From NCBI GenBank assembly GCA_964431415.1, contig CAYSJS010000002.1, positions 3,055 through 67,054 on the forward strand: a stretch of 64,000 bases of DNA. The letters run 5' to 3'. Position numbers and translations under genes: made by a program. The notes under the pieces are model-generated. The model made no database searches and was not told where the DNA came from. It saw only the letters and a program-made list of their open reading frames with translations. This stretch comes from an uncultured Candidatus Saccharibacteria bacterium. GTDB lineage: Bacteria > Patescibacteriota > Saccharimonadia > Saccharimonadales > JACDBH01. Shown here piece after piece: positions 9,120 through 18,422 of the stretch. Position 1 is the stretch's first letter, and every line of letters begins with the position of its first letter.

Positions 9120-10088
9120 CTATTGTTTCTCTGGAACCGTCTCACGGCTATCAATCGCTTTAACAAGATCTTGCTCTTCGCTCGCCAATGCGTTTCTTTT
9201 TGAAACAATGTCGTTGTAACTGCTTACCAAGCGAGCCATTTCGTCAATCAACGCGTTATACCGGCTTACTTGGCGATTAAAAGCCGGCACTCCGGCATTA
9301 TAAGCGTCAATGTTACCGCTGCTGCGGTACGCCTCGAGTGCGGCTCGCTGACTCGTAAGGTTCTCCAGCATCTTTTCAAGATTCGCCTGCGTTTCATCTA
9401 TCTGAGCTTTTAGTGAAGCGAGTTCGGCATCATAGGCAGCTATTTTGTCTCGCCGCTCTGTAAAAGCTCTTTCGTATTGTTCTGAAAAGCCGACTACTTT
9501 AGCGCGATCAGAAAAATACCGCGCATAATGCTGCTCTAACGCTTCAGGCAGCTCTCGAACTTCCGTCCCTAAAATAGAATGCAGTTCGTTATCGACGCTA
9601 GACGCATCCTGTTTCCGGTAGAGATCCACCGTTTCTAATATTCTGTCGTTTTTGATCTGCCTCAGTGCATCATTTAGAAGCCCATTTACCCGGCGCTTCT
9701 CCGGGCCGCTTAGGCGCTCGTAGGCAGCATGCAGCATTTCGTGTGCCGCAGTAACCTCCTCTATGCCTTCAAGCCGCGGATCCGTAATGTCGAGTAAATA
9801 TATACCCTTGCCGCTGACATAACAGCCGAGCACAATAGTATGCTCATCTTCGCGGCACGAAATATTGAAGTCCGCCTTCTGCTGAATGACTGGATGATAT
9901 ACGTAAAAAAGCCGGCGCGAAGACGCACTCATCGTGGTTCGATCCGCCAGCCCAATTATTTCTGTGGCTGGGCTGTAGTTATATAAACGTGCCCAGTCAT
10001 AGATTGCCATGCGCTGCGTAAACACTAGTAGTGGCAAGCCTATCAATCCAACTAGTGTCGCGGCAATAGGCCCGATTCTTTTTCGCAT
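9120..10088 (-). CDS. Membrane-anchored hypothetical protein with an HExxH motif and a C-terminal coiled-coil-like region
   Basis: The track ORF begins at GTG 10106. I prefer ATG at 10088 (MRKRIGPIAATLVGLIGLPLLVF) because TATACT (10095-10100, minus) lies 6 nt upstream. It has an N-terminal TM, the motif TAAHEMLHAAYERL, and ~120 heptad-rich C-terminal residues. No family recognised. Confidence 0.6.
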   Translation of the reverse strand: MRKRIGPIAATLVGLIGLPLLVFTQRMAIYDWARLYNYSPATEIIGLADRTTMSASSRRLFYVYHPVIQQKADFNISCREDEHTIVLGCYVSGKGIYLLDITDPRLEGIEEVTAAHEMLHAAYERLSGPEKRRVNGLLNDALRQIKNDRILETVDLYRKQDASSVDNELHSILGTEVRELPEALEQHYARYFSDRAKVVGFSEQYERAFTERRDKIAAYDAELASLKAQIDETQANLEKMLENLTSQRAALEAYRSSGNIDAYNAGVPAFNRQVSRYNALIDEMARLVSSYNDIVSKRNALASEEQDLVKAIDSRETVPEKQ

Positions 10089-10165
10089 GTTGCTAGTATA
10101 TCGCACTTACGCCGCTCGGCTTAGATCTTACCAGCAAGCTTAAGCTCCTCCGCGCACGGCCGTGT

Positions 10166-12649
10166 TTATTTTTCCTTTAGTGTTGCGTATACAAGCAAAC
10201 CGTTTTTCGCGCTTACCGACACAATGTCGCCTTTATGGTACGTTTCGTCTAATAAGCCGCTTGCAATGTGATCTTCAATTTCGTCCTGAATCAGACGTCT
10301 CATCGGACGCACGCCATTTTTTGCATCATATCCTTTTTCGAGCATTAACTGCTTCGCTGCCTTCTTAACATCAAGACCAATACCGTGCTTCACGAGCCGA
10401 TTGCGTAGTTCATCCAGCTGCAGATCAACAATCTTAAGTGCATCTTTCTTGGTCAGCGCACGAAATACAATTGTTTTGTCGATACGGTTCAGTAGTTCTG
10501 GACGCATCAGTTTTTTTAGCTCATCGAGCACTTTTGATTTATTTTGAGCATGTGCGCTGTCTAGGTCATCAAAATCCTTTGGCGCACTGGCATTAAAGCC
10601 AAGTCCGGCCTCTTTCTGGAGTTTTTCCGCACCCACGTTGCTCGTCATGATCACAATCGTGTTGGTGAAGTCTACGGCTCGTCCTTTAGCGTCCGTAAGA
10701 CGTCCGTCTTCCAGCATCTGCAGCAACATATTAAATACTTCTGGATGAGCTTTTTCTATTTCGTCGAACAGCACCACACTATATGGCTGTCGTCTAATTT
10801 TGTCGGTCAGTTGTCCGCCGTCGTCATAGCCGACGTAGCCGGCAGGCGCACCAACCAGACGAGACACGTTGTGATGCTCGCCAAACTCACTCATATCTAT
10901 TTTTATGAGCGCCTTGTCCGAGCCAAAAAACTCACGAGCGAGCACTCTCGCAAGCTCGGTTTTACCCACACCCGTCGGGCCAAGGAAGATAAAAGAGCCG
11001 ATTGGTCGACTGGTTTGACCTATGCCAACCCGATTACGACGTACAGCACGAGCCAGCGCCTCAACCGCTTCGTCTTGACCAATAACGTGCTTGCTAAGCG
11101 CCGCTTCAAGATTACGCAGATATTTTGCCTCCGAGCGAATCACCTTACTGACAGGTACACCGGTCATGCGTGCCACCACATCAGCAACGTCTTCGCTGGA
11201 CATAATGAGTCTTTTAGCGCCTTTGCCGGAGTTTTGTATTTTTTCTAGGTCGGCTTGAATCTGGCTGGCGCGCTGTTTGTATTCTGCCGCTTTTTGGTAG
11301 TCTTCATTGTCAACCGCATCATCAATGCGCACGTTTACCAGTTTTAGCTCCTTTTGCAGCTTGCGCATCTCGGGCGGTGTTTTACCCTTGTCCACACGAA
11401 GATGAGCGGCTGCCTCGTCAAGCAGGTCAATAGCTTTATCGGGCATAAAACGATCATTCACATAGCGCTTTGCAAGATATACTGTATCTTCCAGAACTTC
11501 ATCGCCAATGTTAACGCCGTGGTAAGCCTCATAATGTTTTCGAAGCCCTTTTAGTATAGCCAGTGTTTCGGGCACGGTCGTTTCTGGCACCTGGATCGGC
11601 TGAAACCGGCGCTCCAGCGCAGCGTCTTTCTCTATGTACTTGGTATATTCGCTGGTAGTCGTCGCGCCAATTACCTGGATTTTACCGCGCGCAAGTGCCG
11701 GCTTTAGTATATTGCCGGCGTCCATAGAACCTTCCGCCGAGCCAGCGCCTACGATCAAATGTATTTCATCAATAAAAATAATTGTCTTTGTGTCGTTTTC
11801 GAGCTCAGCCATCACTTTTTTGAGGCGCTCTTCGAATTCACCGCGGTATTTCGTACCGGCGATCATGCCGGCCAAGTCAAGCATAACTATTCTTTTATCT
11901 AGCAAACTATCGGGCACATCTTCGCTTACGATCCTCTGCGCCAGACCTTCGACAATAGCTGTTTTGCCTACGCCCGGTTCGCCGATCAGTACCGGGTTGT
12001 TTTTTGTACGGCGATTCAAAATAGTTACTACTCGTTTGAGTTGAGCCTCACGCCCAACCACAGGATCAAGCTTGCCGGCACGTGCCTGGGCCGTCATATC
12101 AGTACCGTAGGTATCGAGTGCGGTCTTTTGCCTGGCACCCTTTTTGCTTCGTCTAGAAGTTCCAAGCGAGCCATCGTCCTCGTACTGCTGTCTGTTTAAA
12201 AACTGCTCTAGTTCGTTATTAAGTCCATCGATACTCACGTTCATGTCGCGAAGCAGCGTTGTCGCACGAGCATTCTTTTGGCTCAGTATGCTGTATAAAA
12301 TATGCTCCGTGCCGCAATAGTCTTGATTAAACTCTTGGGCCAGCTCATATGCCATTTTTAACGTGAGCTTGGCGGTTTCGCTTAAGCCCTTCGCCCCCAT
12401 GTTAATAACAAGACTTTTTGGCACTAAGTTCAAAGCCACTCGGGCACGCTCTAACGTCACACCTACGCCTTCAAGTACTTTTGCGCCCATTGATGTCTCC
12501 TGGGCAAGCACGCCAAGCAATAAGTGCTCGGTACCGATATATGGGCTGTTAAAACTGCGTGCAATCGCATCTGCATGCTTTAAGCTCTGCAGTGCGTTTT
12601 CGGTTAGGTGGTTCAAAAATTCTTGAAAGTCTGGATTCTGTGGCATCAT
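10166..12649 (-). CDS. clpC: ATP-dependent Clp protease ATP-binding subunit ClpC (Hsp100 unfoldase)
   Basis: 827 aa with a Clp_N repeat N-domain and two AAA+ modules (GEPGVGKTA and GPTGVGKTE). The short middle domain carries a UVR-like segment ([25 protein letters not shown]). An AGLGF loop sits at the position of the ClpP-docking tripeptide. Confidence 0.9.
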   Translation of the reverse strand: MMPQNPDFQEFLNHLTENALQSLKHADAIARSFNSPYIGTEHLLLGVLAQETSMGAKVLEGVGVTLERARVALNLVPKSLVINMGAKGLSETAKLTLKMAYELAQEFNQDYCGTEHILYSILSQKNARATTLLRDMNVSIDGLNNELEQFLNRQQYEDDGSLGTSRRSKKGARQKTALDTYGTDMTAQARAGKLDPVVGREAQLKRVVTILNRRTKNNPVLIGEPGVGKTAIVEGLAQRIVSEDVPDSLLDKRIVMLDLAGMIAGTKYRGEFEERLKKVMAELENDTKTIIFIDEIHLIVGAGSAEGSMDAGNILKPALARGKIQVIGATTTSEYTKYIEKDAALERRFQPIQVPETTVPETLAILKGLRKHYEAYHGVNIGDEVLEDTVYLAKRYVNDRFMPDKAIDLLDEAAAHLRVDKGKTPPEMRKLQKELKLVNVRIDDAVDNEDYQKAAEYKQRASQIQADLEKIQNSGKGAKRLIMSSEDVADVVARMTGVPVSKVIRSEAKYLRNLEAALSKHVIGQDEAVEALARAVRRNRVGIGQTSRPIGSFIFLGPTGVGKTELARVLAREFFGSDKALIKIDMSEFGEHHNVSRLVGAPAGYVGYDDGGQLTDKIRRQPYSVVLFDEIEKAHPEVFNMLLQMLEDGRLTDAKGRAVDFTNTIVIMTSNVGAEKLQKEAGLGFNASAPKDFDDLDSAHAQNKSKVLDELKKLMRPELLNRIDKTIVFRALTKKDALKIVDLQLDELRNRLVKHGIGLDVKKAAKQLMLEKGYDAKNGVRPMRRLIQDEIEDHIASGLLDETYHKGDIVSVSAKNGLLVYATLKEK

Positions 12650-12711
12650 ATCGTGATGTCTACCCTTCTATTGGCTTTTTATGTCGACCAATGCGTACAT
12701 GATACCACGAA

Positions 12712-12738
12712 TTAGCACTCACATGTCAAGAGTGCTAA
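12712..12738 (-). promoter_or_regulatory. CIRCE element (HrcA operator) overlapping the clpC promoter
   Basis: TTAGCACTC (12712-12720), N9 spacer, GAGTGCTAA (12730-12738). This is a perfect match to the CIRCE consensus TTAGCACTC-N9-GAGTGCTAA. On the minus strand the spacer contains TTGACA (12724-12729). An extended -10, TGgTATCAT (hexamer at 12699-12704), follows 19 nt later. The clpC ATG is at 12649. Confidence 0.85.
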
Positions 12739-12747
12739 TTCACAATC

Positions 12748-12999
12748 TTACTCTTCAGGATATCTAACCCAGAAGAAACGACCGCCTCTGTTATGGAGCG
12801 GGTCTGGCGCGTCTCTATATTTTTCACGCACTGACCTAGGCATATTGGCAAGCTGGGCGACCATACCAATAGATCCAAGAAATTTATGATAGCGTTCAAC
12901 TTCGCCGGGGGTTATAAATGGCATACTCGCTTCGTTAAGACTCGTATACAACTCCGTACCATCAGGCAGCCGAATTGCGTCCGTTTGAACATGTTCCAT
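12748..12999 (-). CDS. Hypothetical protein (83 aa)
   Basis: The ORF fills the gap between nusA and the CIRCE/clpC promoter. No motif recognised, and it is not YlxR-like (no RxCxxCR motif). Confidence 0.4.
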   Translation of the reverse strand: MEHVQTDAIRLPDGTELYTSLNEASMPFITPGEVERYHKFLGSIGMVAQLANMPRSVREKYRDAPDPLHNRGGRFFWVRYPEE

Positions 13000-13013
13000 T
13001 TCTTTGCCTCCTC

Positions 13014-14168
13014 TTATTCGCCGTGCTCTTCGATAGCCTCAAGCAAGCTGCTTTCAAGCTGTTCTTTCTTCTTGAGTTTCTGTACCGGCTTAGCTGATTC
13101 AACACTGGCTTCTGGCGCAACCTCAACTGGCTTGTCGGCAATAATGTCAATGTCATAGCCGCAGAGTTTGCTTGCAAGGCGCACATTTTGACCGCTCTTG
13201 CCGATGGCAATACTGAGCTGATCTTCGTCGACATACACAGCCGCCTTTTTAACATCTTCAAAAATTTCTACACGATTTACTTTTGTAGGGCTAAGCGCTT
13301 GGGCGATAAAGGTTTTAACATCGTCGTTCCATACCACAATGTCAATCTTTTCTTGTTCGCCAACTTCACTCATAACGGCATTCACACGTGTTCCGTGACC
13401 GCCCACAAATGTACCAACCGGGTCAACACCCTGTACCGAGCTTGCTACAGCAATCTTGCTGCGTACACCGGCTTCACGGGCAATGCCCTTGATGCTTACG
13501 GCACCGGTTTCCATTTCTGGTACTTCGGCTCTAAAAAGCCATTCAACAAATTCCGGGCAGCCTCGGCTCACCACCAGCTGCGGACCGCGGAAACCACGCT
13601 CTACGTCTTTTAGGTAGACTTTTAGGCGCTGTCCCGGGTAATAGCGCTCGCCTTGAATCTGCTCGCTGCGCGGCATAATTGCCTGCGCCTTACCAAGCTC
13701 CATACGGACAATATTGCCTTCTACGCGGCCTACGAGACCATTGATGACGGTACCGATCTTATCTTCGTATTCAGCCATAACTATTTCGCGTTCGGCTTCA
13801 CGGAGACGCTGTAAAATCACTTGCTTTGCCGTCTGTGCAGCAACGCGTCCAAAACTTTCTACTTTTTGATGCAGCTCAACAACGTCGCCAACGACTGCAT
13901 CTTTTTTAATCGCCTGAGCGTCTGTAAGGCTAATTTCTAAGAACTCGTCCTGCACGTCTTCAACGACTGTTTTTGACACATACGCATCGACATCGCCGGT
14001 GTTCAGGTTCATGGTAACGCGTACTTCTTGTTCGCGGTCGCCATAGTCACGGCGGTACGCAGCGGCCAATGCTTGTTCAACCACCTCTTGTACGGTTGCT
14101 TCATCCAGGTTTTTTTCTTCGGCAATGGTCTTAATGGCCAGTGCCAGTTGTTTCATGTCTAAATCCAT
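13014..14168 (-). CDS. nusA: Transcription termination/antitermination factor NusA
   Basis: 384 aa with a NusA N-terminal domain, an S1 domain (GTVINGLVGRVEGNIVRMELGKAQAIMP), two KH domains (second contains IGKSGQNVRLASKL) and an acidic tail. The SD AAGGAGA lies 5 nt upstream of the ATG. Confidence 0.95.
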   Translation of the reverse strand: MDLDMKQLALAIKTIAEEKNLDEATVQEVVEQALAAAYRRDYGDREQEVRVTMNLNTGDVDAYVSKTVVEDVQDEFLEISLTDAQAIKKDAVVGDVVELHQKVESFGRVAAQTAKQVILQRLREAEREIVMAEYEDKIGTVINGLVGRVEGNIVRMELGKAQAIMPRSEQIQGERYYPGQRLKVYLKDVERGFRGPQLVVSRGCPEFVEWLFRAEVPEMETGAVSIKGIAREAGVRSKIAVASSVQGVDPVGTFVGGHGTRVNAVMSEVGEQEKIDIVVWNDDVKTFIAQALSPTKVNRVEIFEDVKKAAVYVDEDQLSIAIGKSGQNVRLASKLCGYDIDIIADKPVEVAPEASVESAKPVQKLKKKEQLESSLLEAIEEHGE

Positions 14169-14183
14169 TTTTATCTCCTTATT

Positions 14184-14210
14184 AAAAAATCCGACCTCTG
14201 GTGGCCGGAT
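14184..14210 (-). terminator. Terminator-like hairpin plus U-tract in the nusA 5' leader (candidate attenuator)
   Basis: The minus strand reads ATCCGGCC-accaga-GGTCGGAT followed by TTTTT. The stem is 8 bp with one G.U pair; that pair is an A-C mismatch on the plus strand, so the structure is strand-specific. It sits between a TATACT -10 (14222-14227) and the nusA SD/ATG (14168). Confidence 0.5.
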
Positions 14211-14305
14211 CTGACAGAACTAGTATAGCATACCACCGGCTGCTTATAAAATTGTTTTTAGTTGCGCAACAGCGGGCCGCTCCTAATAGATGATACAATA
14301 CGAGA

Positions 14306-16894
14306 ATGAGTAAACCCGTCCCCCGTCTATACGATTCTTTCAAACCGTCAAACTACGAACTAACGTTGTCGCTCGACCCCGAAGGGCTCAGCTTTAGCGG
14401 CACCGTAAAAATTACCGGACAAAAAACCGGAAGACCGAGTAAACGCATCACGTTCCACCAAAAAGGGCTCAAAATTCATAGCGCATCGCTCGAAAGAGTA
14501 GACAAAAAAGGCAGTCAGACACTAGAGTGCGAGAGAACCAACACGCACAAACGCTACGATGAGCTCAGATTGCATAGCGGTACTATCTTGTATCCAGGCG
14601 GCTATACGGTCACCATTACTTTTAGCGGCAAAATTACGGACCACATGCAGGGACTGTATCCATGTTATTTCGAGCATAACGGCAAGAAACTAAAACTACT
14701 GGCTACCCAGTTTGAAAGCAACCACGCCCGTGAGGTATTCCCGTGTATTGACGAACCCGAAGCAAAAGCGACGTTTGATCTTACTGTAACCGCGCCAAAC
14801 GATCCTGACGCGACAGTTTTATCGAATATGCCTGCCATCCCTAGTAAAGTCGCTGAGAAAAACAAGGATTTAAAAACTGTCCGCTTTGAGACTACGCCGA
14901 TAATGTCTACATATTTACTGGCGTTTGTGTACGGCCGCATGCACTGTGTGTCAGCAAAAACAAAAGACGGTATCACGGTAAAAAGCTGGGGCACGGTGGC
15001 GCAGCCCAAATCCTCGCTCGAGTATTCTGCTCACGAAGCTACAAAAATACTGGAGTTCTTCACAGAATATTTCAATATTCCATACCCGCTCAAAAAGTGT
15101 GACCAGGTGGCGCTGCCCGATTTTGACGCCGGAGCAATGGAAAACTGGGGTCTTATTACCTACCGCGAAATTGCTCTTTTGACCGATGCGCACAACCGCT
15201 CTATTTCTAGCGAACAATACGTTTCATTGGTTGTGGCGCATGAACTTTCGCATCAGTGGTTCGGCAACCTCGTAACCATGAAATGGTGGGATGATTTATG
15301 GCTCAACGAAAGCTTCGCAAGTTTAATGGAACACTTGGCGCTAGACGCAGTTCATCCAGACTGGCAACAATGGGAGCTATATACCTCATCTGATGTAGTA
15401 AGCACCTCGAGCCGAGACGTATACAGCGACATTCAGCCCGTAAGCGTTCCCGTTACCGATCCGGATCTCATCGAAACTTTGTTTGACCCGGGTATCGTAT
15501 ATGCAAAGGGCGGCAGGCTGCTAAAAATGCTCAGAGAATATATTGGGGATGAAGCATTTCGAAAAGGCCTTAGCTCGTATTTTAAAAAGTTTGCATACAA
15601 AAACGCCAACAGAGATGATTTATGGGAAGCTCTATCCGCATCGAGCGGCAAAGATCTGAAAGCACTCATGGATCCGTGGCTCATTCAGTCGGGCATGCCA
15701 GTGGTCTCTGTGCACCAGGGAACCGACAAAAATCTCGCTCTTTCACAGCAACGTTTTCTCCTTGACAAGCCAGCCGACGGCACGATATGGCCCATTCCGC
15801 TGCTTGCCGATCAAACGCTGAGCGCAGATTTGCTCCAAGACACTGCCGCTAGCTTTACAGCAGAAAAAGATTCTTTCGTAATCCTAAATAACCAAGGCAG
15901 CGGACATTATTTTGTGCATTATGCCGAACAGGAACACCGGGAGTTTATTGCAAGTGCTGTCGCTTCACGTCACCTATCTACCGAGTCACGCATTAATATT
16001 TTAAACGATATGTACATGCTGTCACGGCACGGCGATGCGCCATTAACCGATGCGCTTCAAGTAATTATTGCCTGCGGCAGCGAACCCAGGGACAGTGTGT
16101 GGGCACTGATCAGCCGCATTCTTGGCGCGGCCGCACAGCTAAGCGAAGGTAATGAGGACGCCGAGAAGGCGTTAAAGAAGCTTCGTGTACGGCTGGGCTC
16201 GCACTGGTTTAAAGAACTCGGATGGCAGGACAAAGACAATGACGACGTAAACACAAAGCAACTTCGTCACACCGCCATTGCACTAATGCTTTCCGGTGAA
16301 GATCCTGCAGCCATACAAGAGGCGCTTGACCTCTACCAAAACCACGATTTAACGACGATACCATCTGAAATTCGAAACAGCATTTTATCGGCTGCGGTTC
16401 GATTTGGAGAAGCTATAGCGCCCCAGACACTCACTAAAGCATACTCCGTCGCATCTCCGGAGCTACAGCTCGACATAACCAGCGCCCTTGCAAGCACTAA
16501 GGACGGGGATTTGGCTGCACATATACTATCGAGCGCACTCGGTCCAGAGGGCTTCGTCCGGCCACAGGATGTCATGCGCTGGCTGGCTCTTTTTATGCGC
16601 AACCGATATAGTCGAGAGGCAGCCTGGAACTATATGACTCGCGAGTGGGACTGGATAGAATCTGCCCTAAACAAAAGCAAATCATTCGACTATCTGCCTA
16701 CCTACGCAGCCAGTGTAGTGTCAACAGAAAAAGCCAAAAAAATGTATCACGATTTCTTTGAACCTATGCTGAAGAATAAAACTCTGGAGCGTAACATACG
16801 CGTTGGATACGCCGATATTGATGCGCGCGTTGCCTGGAGAAAAAGAGACGAACAGTCTATTGTAGAATGGCTAAAGCATACCAAAAAAGCTTAG
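14306..16894 (+). CDS. pepN: Aminopeptidase N (M1 family metallopeptidase)
   Basis: 862 aa with the exopeptidase motif GAMENWG and the gluzincin motif HELSHQWFGNLVTMKWWDDLWLNESFA, plus an ERAP1-like C-terminal domain. Confidence 0.95.
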   Translation: MSKPVPRLYDSFKPSNYELTLSLDPEGLSFSGTVKITGQKTGRPSKRITFHQKGLKIHSASLERVDKKGSQTLECERTNTHKRYDELRLHSGTILYPGGYTVTITFSGKITDHMQGLYPCYFEHNGKKLKLLATQFESNHAREVFPCIDEPEAKATFDLTVTAPNDPDATVLSNMPAIPSKVAEKNKDLKTVRFETTPIMSTYLLAFVYGRMHCVSAKTKDGITVKSWGTVAQPKSSLEYSAHEATKILEFFTEYFNIPYPLKKCDQVALPDFDAGAMENWGLITYREIALLTDAHNRSISSEQYVSLVVAHELSHQWFGNLVTMKWWDDLWLNESFASLMEHLALDAVHPDWQQWELYTSSDVVSTSSRDVYSDIQPVSVPVTDPDLIETLFDPGIVYAKGGRLLKMLREYIGDEAFRKGLSSYFKKFAYKNANRDDLWEALSASSGKDLKALMDPWLIQSGMPVVSVHQGTDKNLALSQQRFLLDKPADGTIWPIPLLADQTLSADLLQDTAASFTAEKDSFVILNNQGSGHYFVHYAEQEHREFIASAVASRHLSTESRINILNDMYMLSRHGDAPLTDALQVIIACGSEPRDSVWALISRILGAAAQLSEGNEDAEKALKKLRVRLGSHWFKELGWQDKDNDDVNTKQLRHTAIALMLSGEDPAAIQEALDLYQNHDLTTIPSEIRNSILSAAVRFGEAIAPQTLTKAYSVASPELQLDITSALASTKDGDLAAHILSSALGPEGFVRPQDVMRWLALFMRNRYSREAAWNYMTREWDWIESALNKSKSFDYLPTYAASVVSTEKAKKMYHDFFEPMLKNKTLERNIRVGYADIDARVAWRKRDEQSIVEWLKHTKKA

Positions 16895-16897
16895 TAC

Positions 16898-17383
16898 TCA
16901 CAGATCTTGTTTTATCAGATCCAACAATACATCTGCTACCTGAAGAGCGATAAGATCCTGAACTGGTCTTAATTCAAATTGCTGCGGTTCTGGGGCAAAC
17001 GGATTTATGGTGTTCACGTCGATTTTGTTTAGGTCAGCTGCATCAGGCATAAAAGAATAGACTGTCGTGCGCCGCCGGAGACCGTTATTTGCAACCACAA
17101 CGAGCTCGCCCGCCGATGATGCGGTCGCTACGAGACTATGATGTCCCAGCGCAACACCGAGCTGCCCGCCTTGACCTTGTAGCCTACTAAACGCTTCGGT
17201 GTACTTTGTACTGAGCTGCGTGTCTCTCTCTTGCCGCGTCGTTTCATCACCAGCCATCCTGTCAAACAAAAGGGTCGGCTCTGCGCACCAGCCTATTCGC
17301 GAGTCCATCACTTGAACTTCCGTTAATGGTTCAGTAATAATTACAGGGTGGGCTTCACGGTGAAGTGGGTTAAACATATGCAT
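16898..17383 (-). CDS. Hypothetical protein (161 aa)
   Basis: This ORF has its own strong promoter (see next feature). No motif recognised. Confidence 0.5.
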   Translation of the reverse strand: MHMFNPLHREAHPVIITEPLTEVQVMDSRIGWCAEPTLLFDRMAGDETTRQERDTQLSTKYTEAFSRLQGQGGQLGVALGHHSLVATASSAGELVVVANNGLRRRTTVYSFMPDAADLNKIDVNTINPFAPEPQQFELRPVQDLIALQVADVLLDLIKQDL

Positions 17384-17392
17384 TAGAAAGTT

Positions 17393-17420
17393 AGTATACC
17401 ATTATTTTGCTCATATGCAA
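17393..17420 (-). promoter_or_regulatory. Sigma70-type promoter TTGCAT-16-TATACT, 9 nt upstream of the ATG at 17383
   Basis: On the minus strand, TTGCAT is at 17415-17420 and TATACT at 17393-17398, with a 16-nt spacer. Only 9 nt separate the -10 from the start codon and there is no SD. Confidence 0.55.
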
Positions 17421-17424
17421 TTTT

Positions 17425-17777
17425 TTACGATATTTCTCTGACCTCGACCTCATTGCCGTTTCCCGTAACAGAAACCGCCAGCAGTTCATATGGCGCACTC
17501 CAGTTGTGTAGCAACACCCAAAGATCGGCTGCGCGCTGCATATGGCGAAGTTTTGTATCTGTAATATAGTCAAAACCGTCACCTTGCGCGTTAGAAGACC
17601 GATATTTGACCTCAATGAGATAGAGCAGGTTATTTTTTCTGCGATTATATCTATTTCCGCAACCTTTGTTTTCCAGTTTCGATCAAGTACTGCATAGCCG
17701 GCACGAATTAAATATTCAGCGGCTATCTGTTCACCGCGCTGCCCAATATCTTTTGTTTTACTATTCACTTGAGACAT
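17425..17777 (-). pseudogene. yraN: YraN/UPF0102 family endonuclease, interrupted by a 1-nt frameshift at an A6 run
   Basis: Frame A (from ATG 17777) reads MSQVNSKTKDIGQRGEQIAAEYLIRAGYAVLDRNWKTKVAEIDIIAEK. After the A6 run at 17633-17638, the family-typical continuation NNLLYLIEVKYRSSNAQGDGFDYITDTKLRHMQRAADLWVLLHNWSAPYELLAVSVTGNGNEVEVREIS* lies in the -1 frame, with stop TAA at 17425-17427. The total is 353 nt, one nt short of an intact 117-codon gene. Confidence 0.75.
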
Positions 17778-18324
17778 ATTTTTGTAACGGAGCAAACGAA
17801 AGACGGTGTTGGTCGGTAACACCATGCTTGAGAATTAGTTCGGCATGCAGCTTAGTTCCATAGCCAACATGTCTATCAAACTCGTACAGGGCATAACGTT
17901 CTTTTAGGCTATACATGTATTGGTCTCTCGTTACCTTTGCATATACACTTGCCGCACTCACTACCGGAAAAAGGTCGTCGGCACGCGCAATACACCGCAC
18001 CTGCTCAAATATTTCGTCACAATAATTTACCAAGCCGTCCATTATTATGTCCTCGTCGTTTGCTGCACGAATCGCCTCGAGCGCCCTTTTTACGCCCACA
18101 CGCATAGCTGCACTAAGCCCTAGCTCATCAATCTCTCTTGCACTCACCCAGCCTTCGCCGTATTCACAGAGGGCTAGGATTTGCTCATACACGTTTTCTC
18201 TGGTTTTCTTTGAAAGTTTTTTAGAATCTTTTAATCTTTCAGGTAGCGCACCTTTTTGACGTGCCGCAACTACAAGCAACGGCCCGGCCCAACAACCTCT
18301 GCCAACTTCGTCTATACCAATCAT
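17761..18324 (-). CDS. rnhB: Ribonuclease HII
   Basis: MIGIDEVGRGCWAGPL contains the RNase HII DEVGRG catalytic motif. I prefer ATG at 18324 (SD GAGGTG upstream) over the track start GTG 18330. The 3' end overlaps the yraN start by 17 nt. Confidence 0.9.
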   Translation of the reverse strand: MIGIDEVGRGCWAGPLLVVAARQKGALPERLKDSKKLSKKTRENVYEQILALCEYGEGWVSAREIDELGLSAAMRVGVKRALEAIRAANDEDIIMDGLVNYCDEIFEQVRCIARADDLFPVVSAASVYAKVTRDQYMYSLKERYALYEFDRHVGYGTKLHAELILKHGVTDQHRLSFAPLQKYVSSE

Positions 18325-18370
18325 CTTCACCTCTTTTTTGTGCTGAGCTCAAGTGTATACTCTTATATAT

Positions 18371-18401
18371 AAAAACACCAGCGATTCAAACACTGGTGTT
18401 T
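18371..18401 (-). terminator. Rho-independent terminator downstream of rplS
   Basis: The minus strand reads AAACACCAG-(11-nt loop)-CTGGTGTTT, running into TTTTTA. It lies about 20 nt after the rplS stop (18423). Confidence 0.7.
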
Positions 18402-18422
18402 CAAAGTATACAAAAGTTTGGT

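Noticed and set aside
17391-17632. C-terminal half of track ORF 17391-17825 (…ITCSISLRSNIGLLTRKVTV…)
   Set aside because: This is out-of-frame read-through after the A6 frameshift. The YraN-typical sequence is in the -1 frame and stops at 17425. The read-through also covers the promoter of the next gene.
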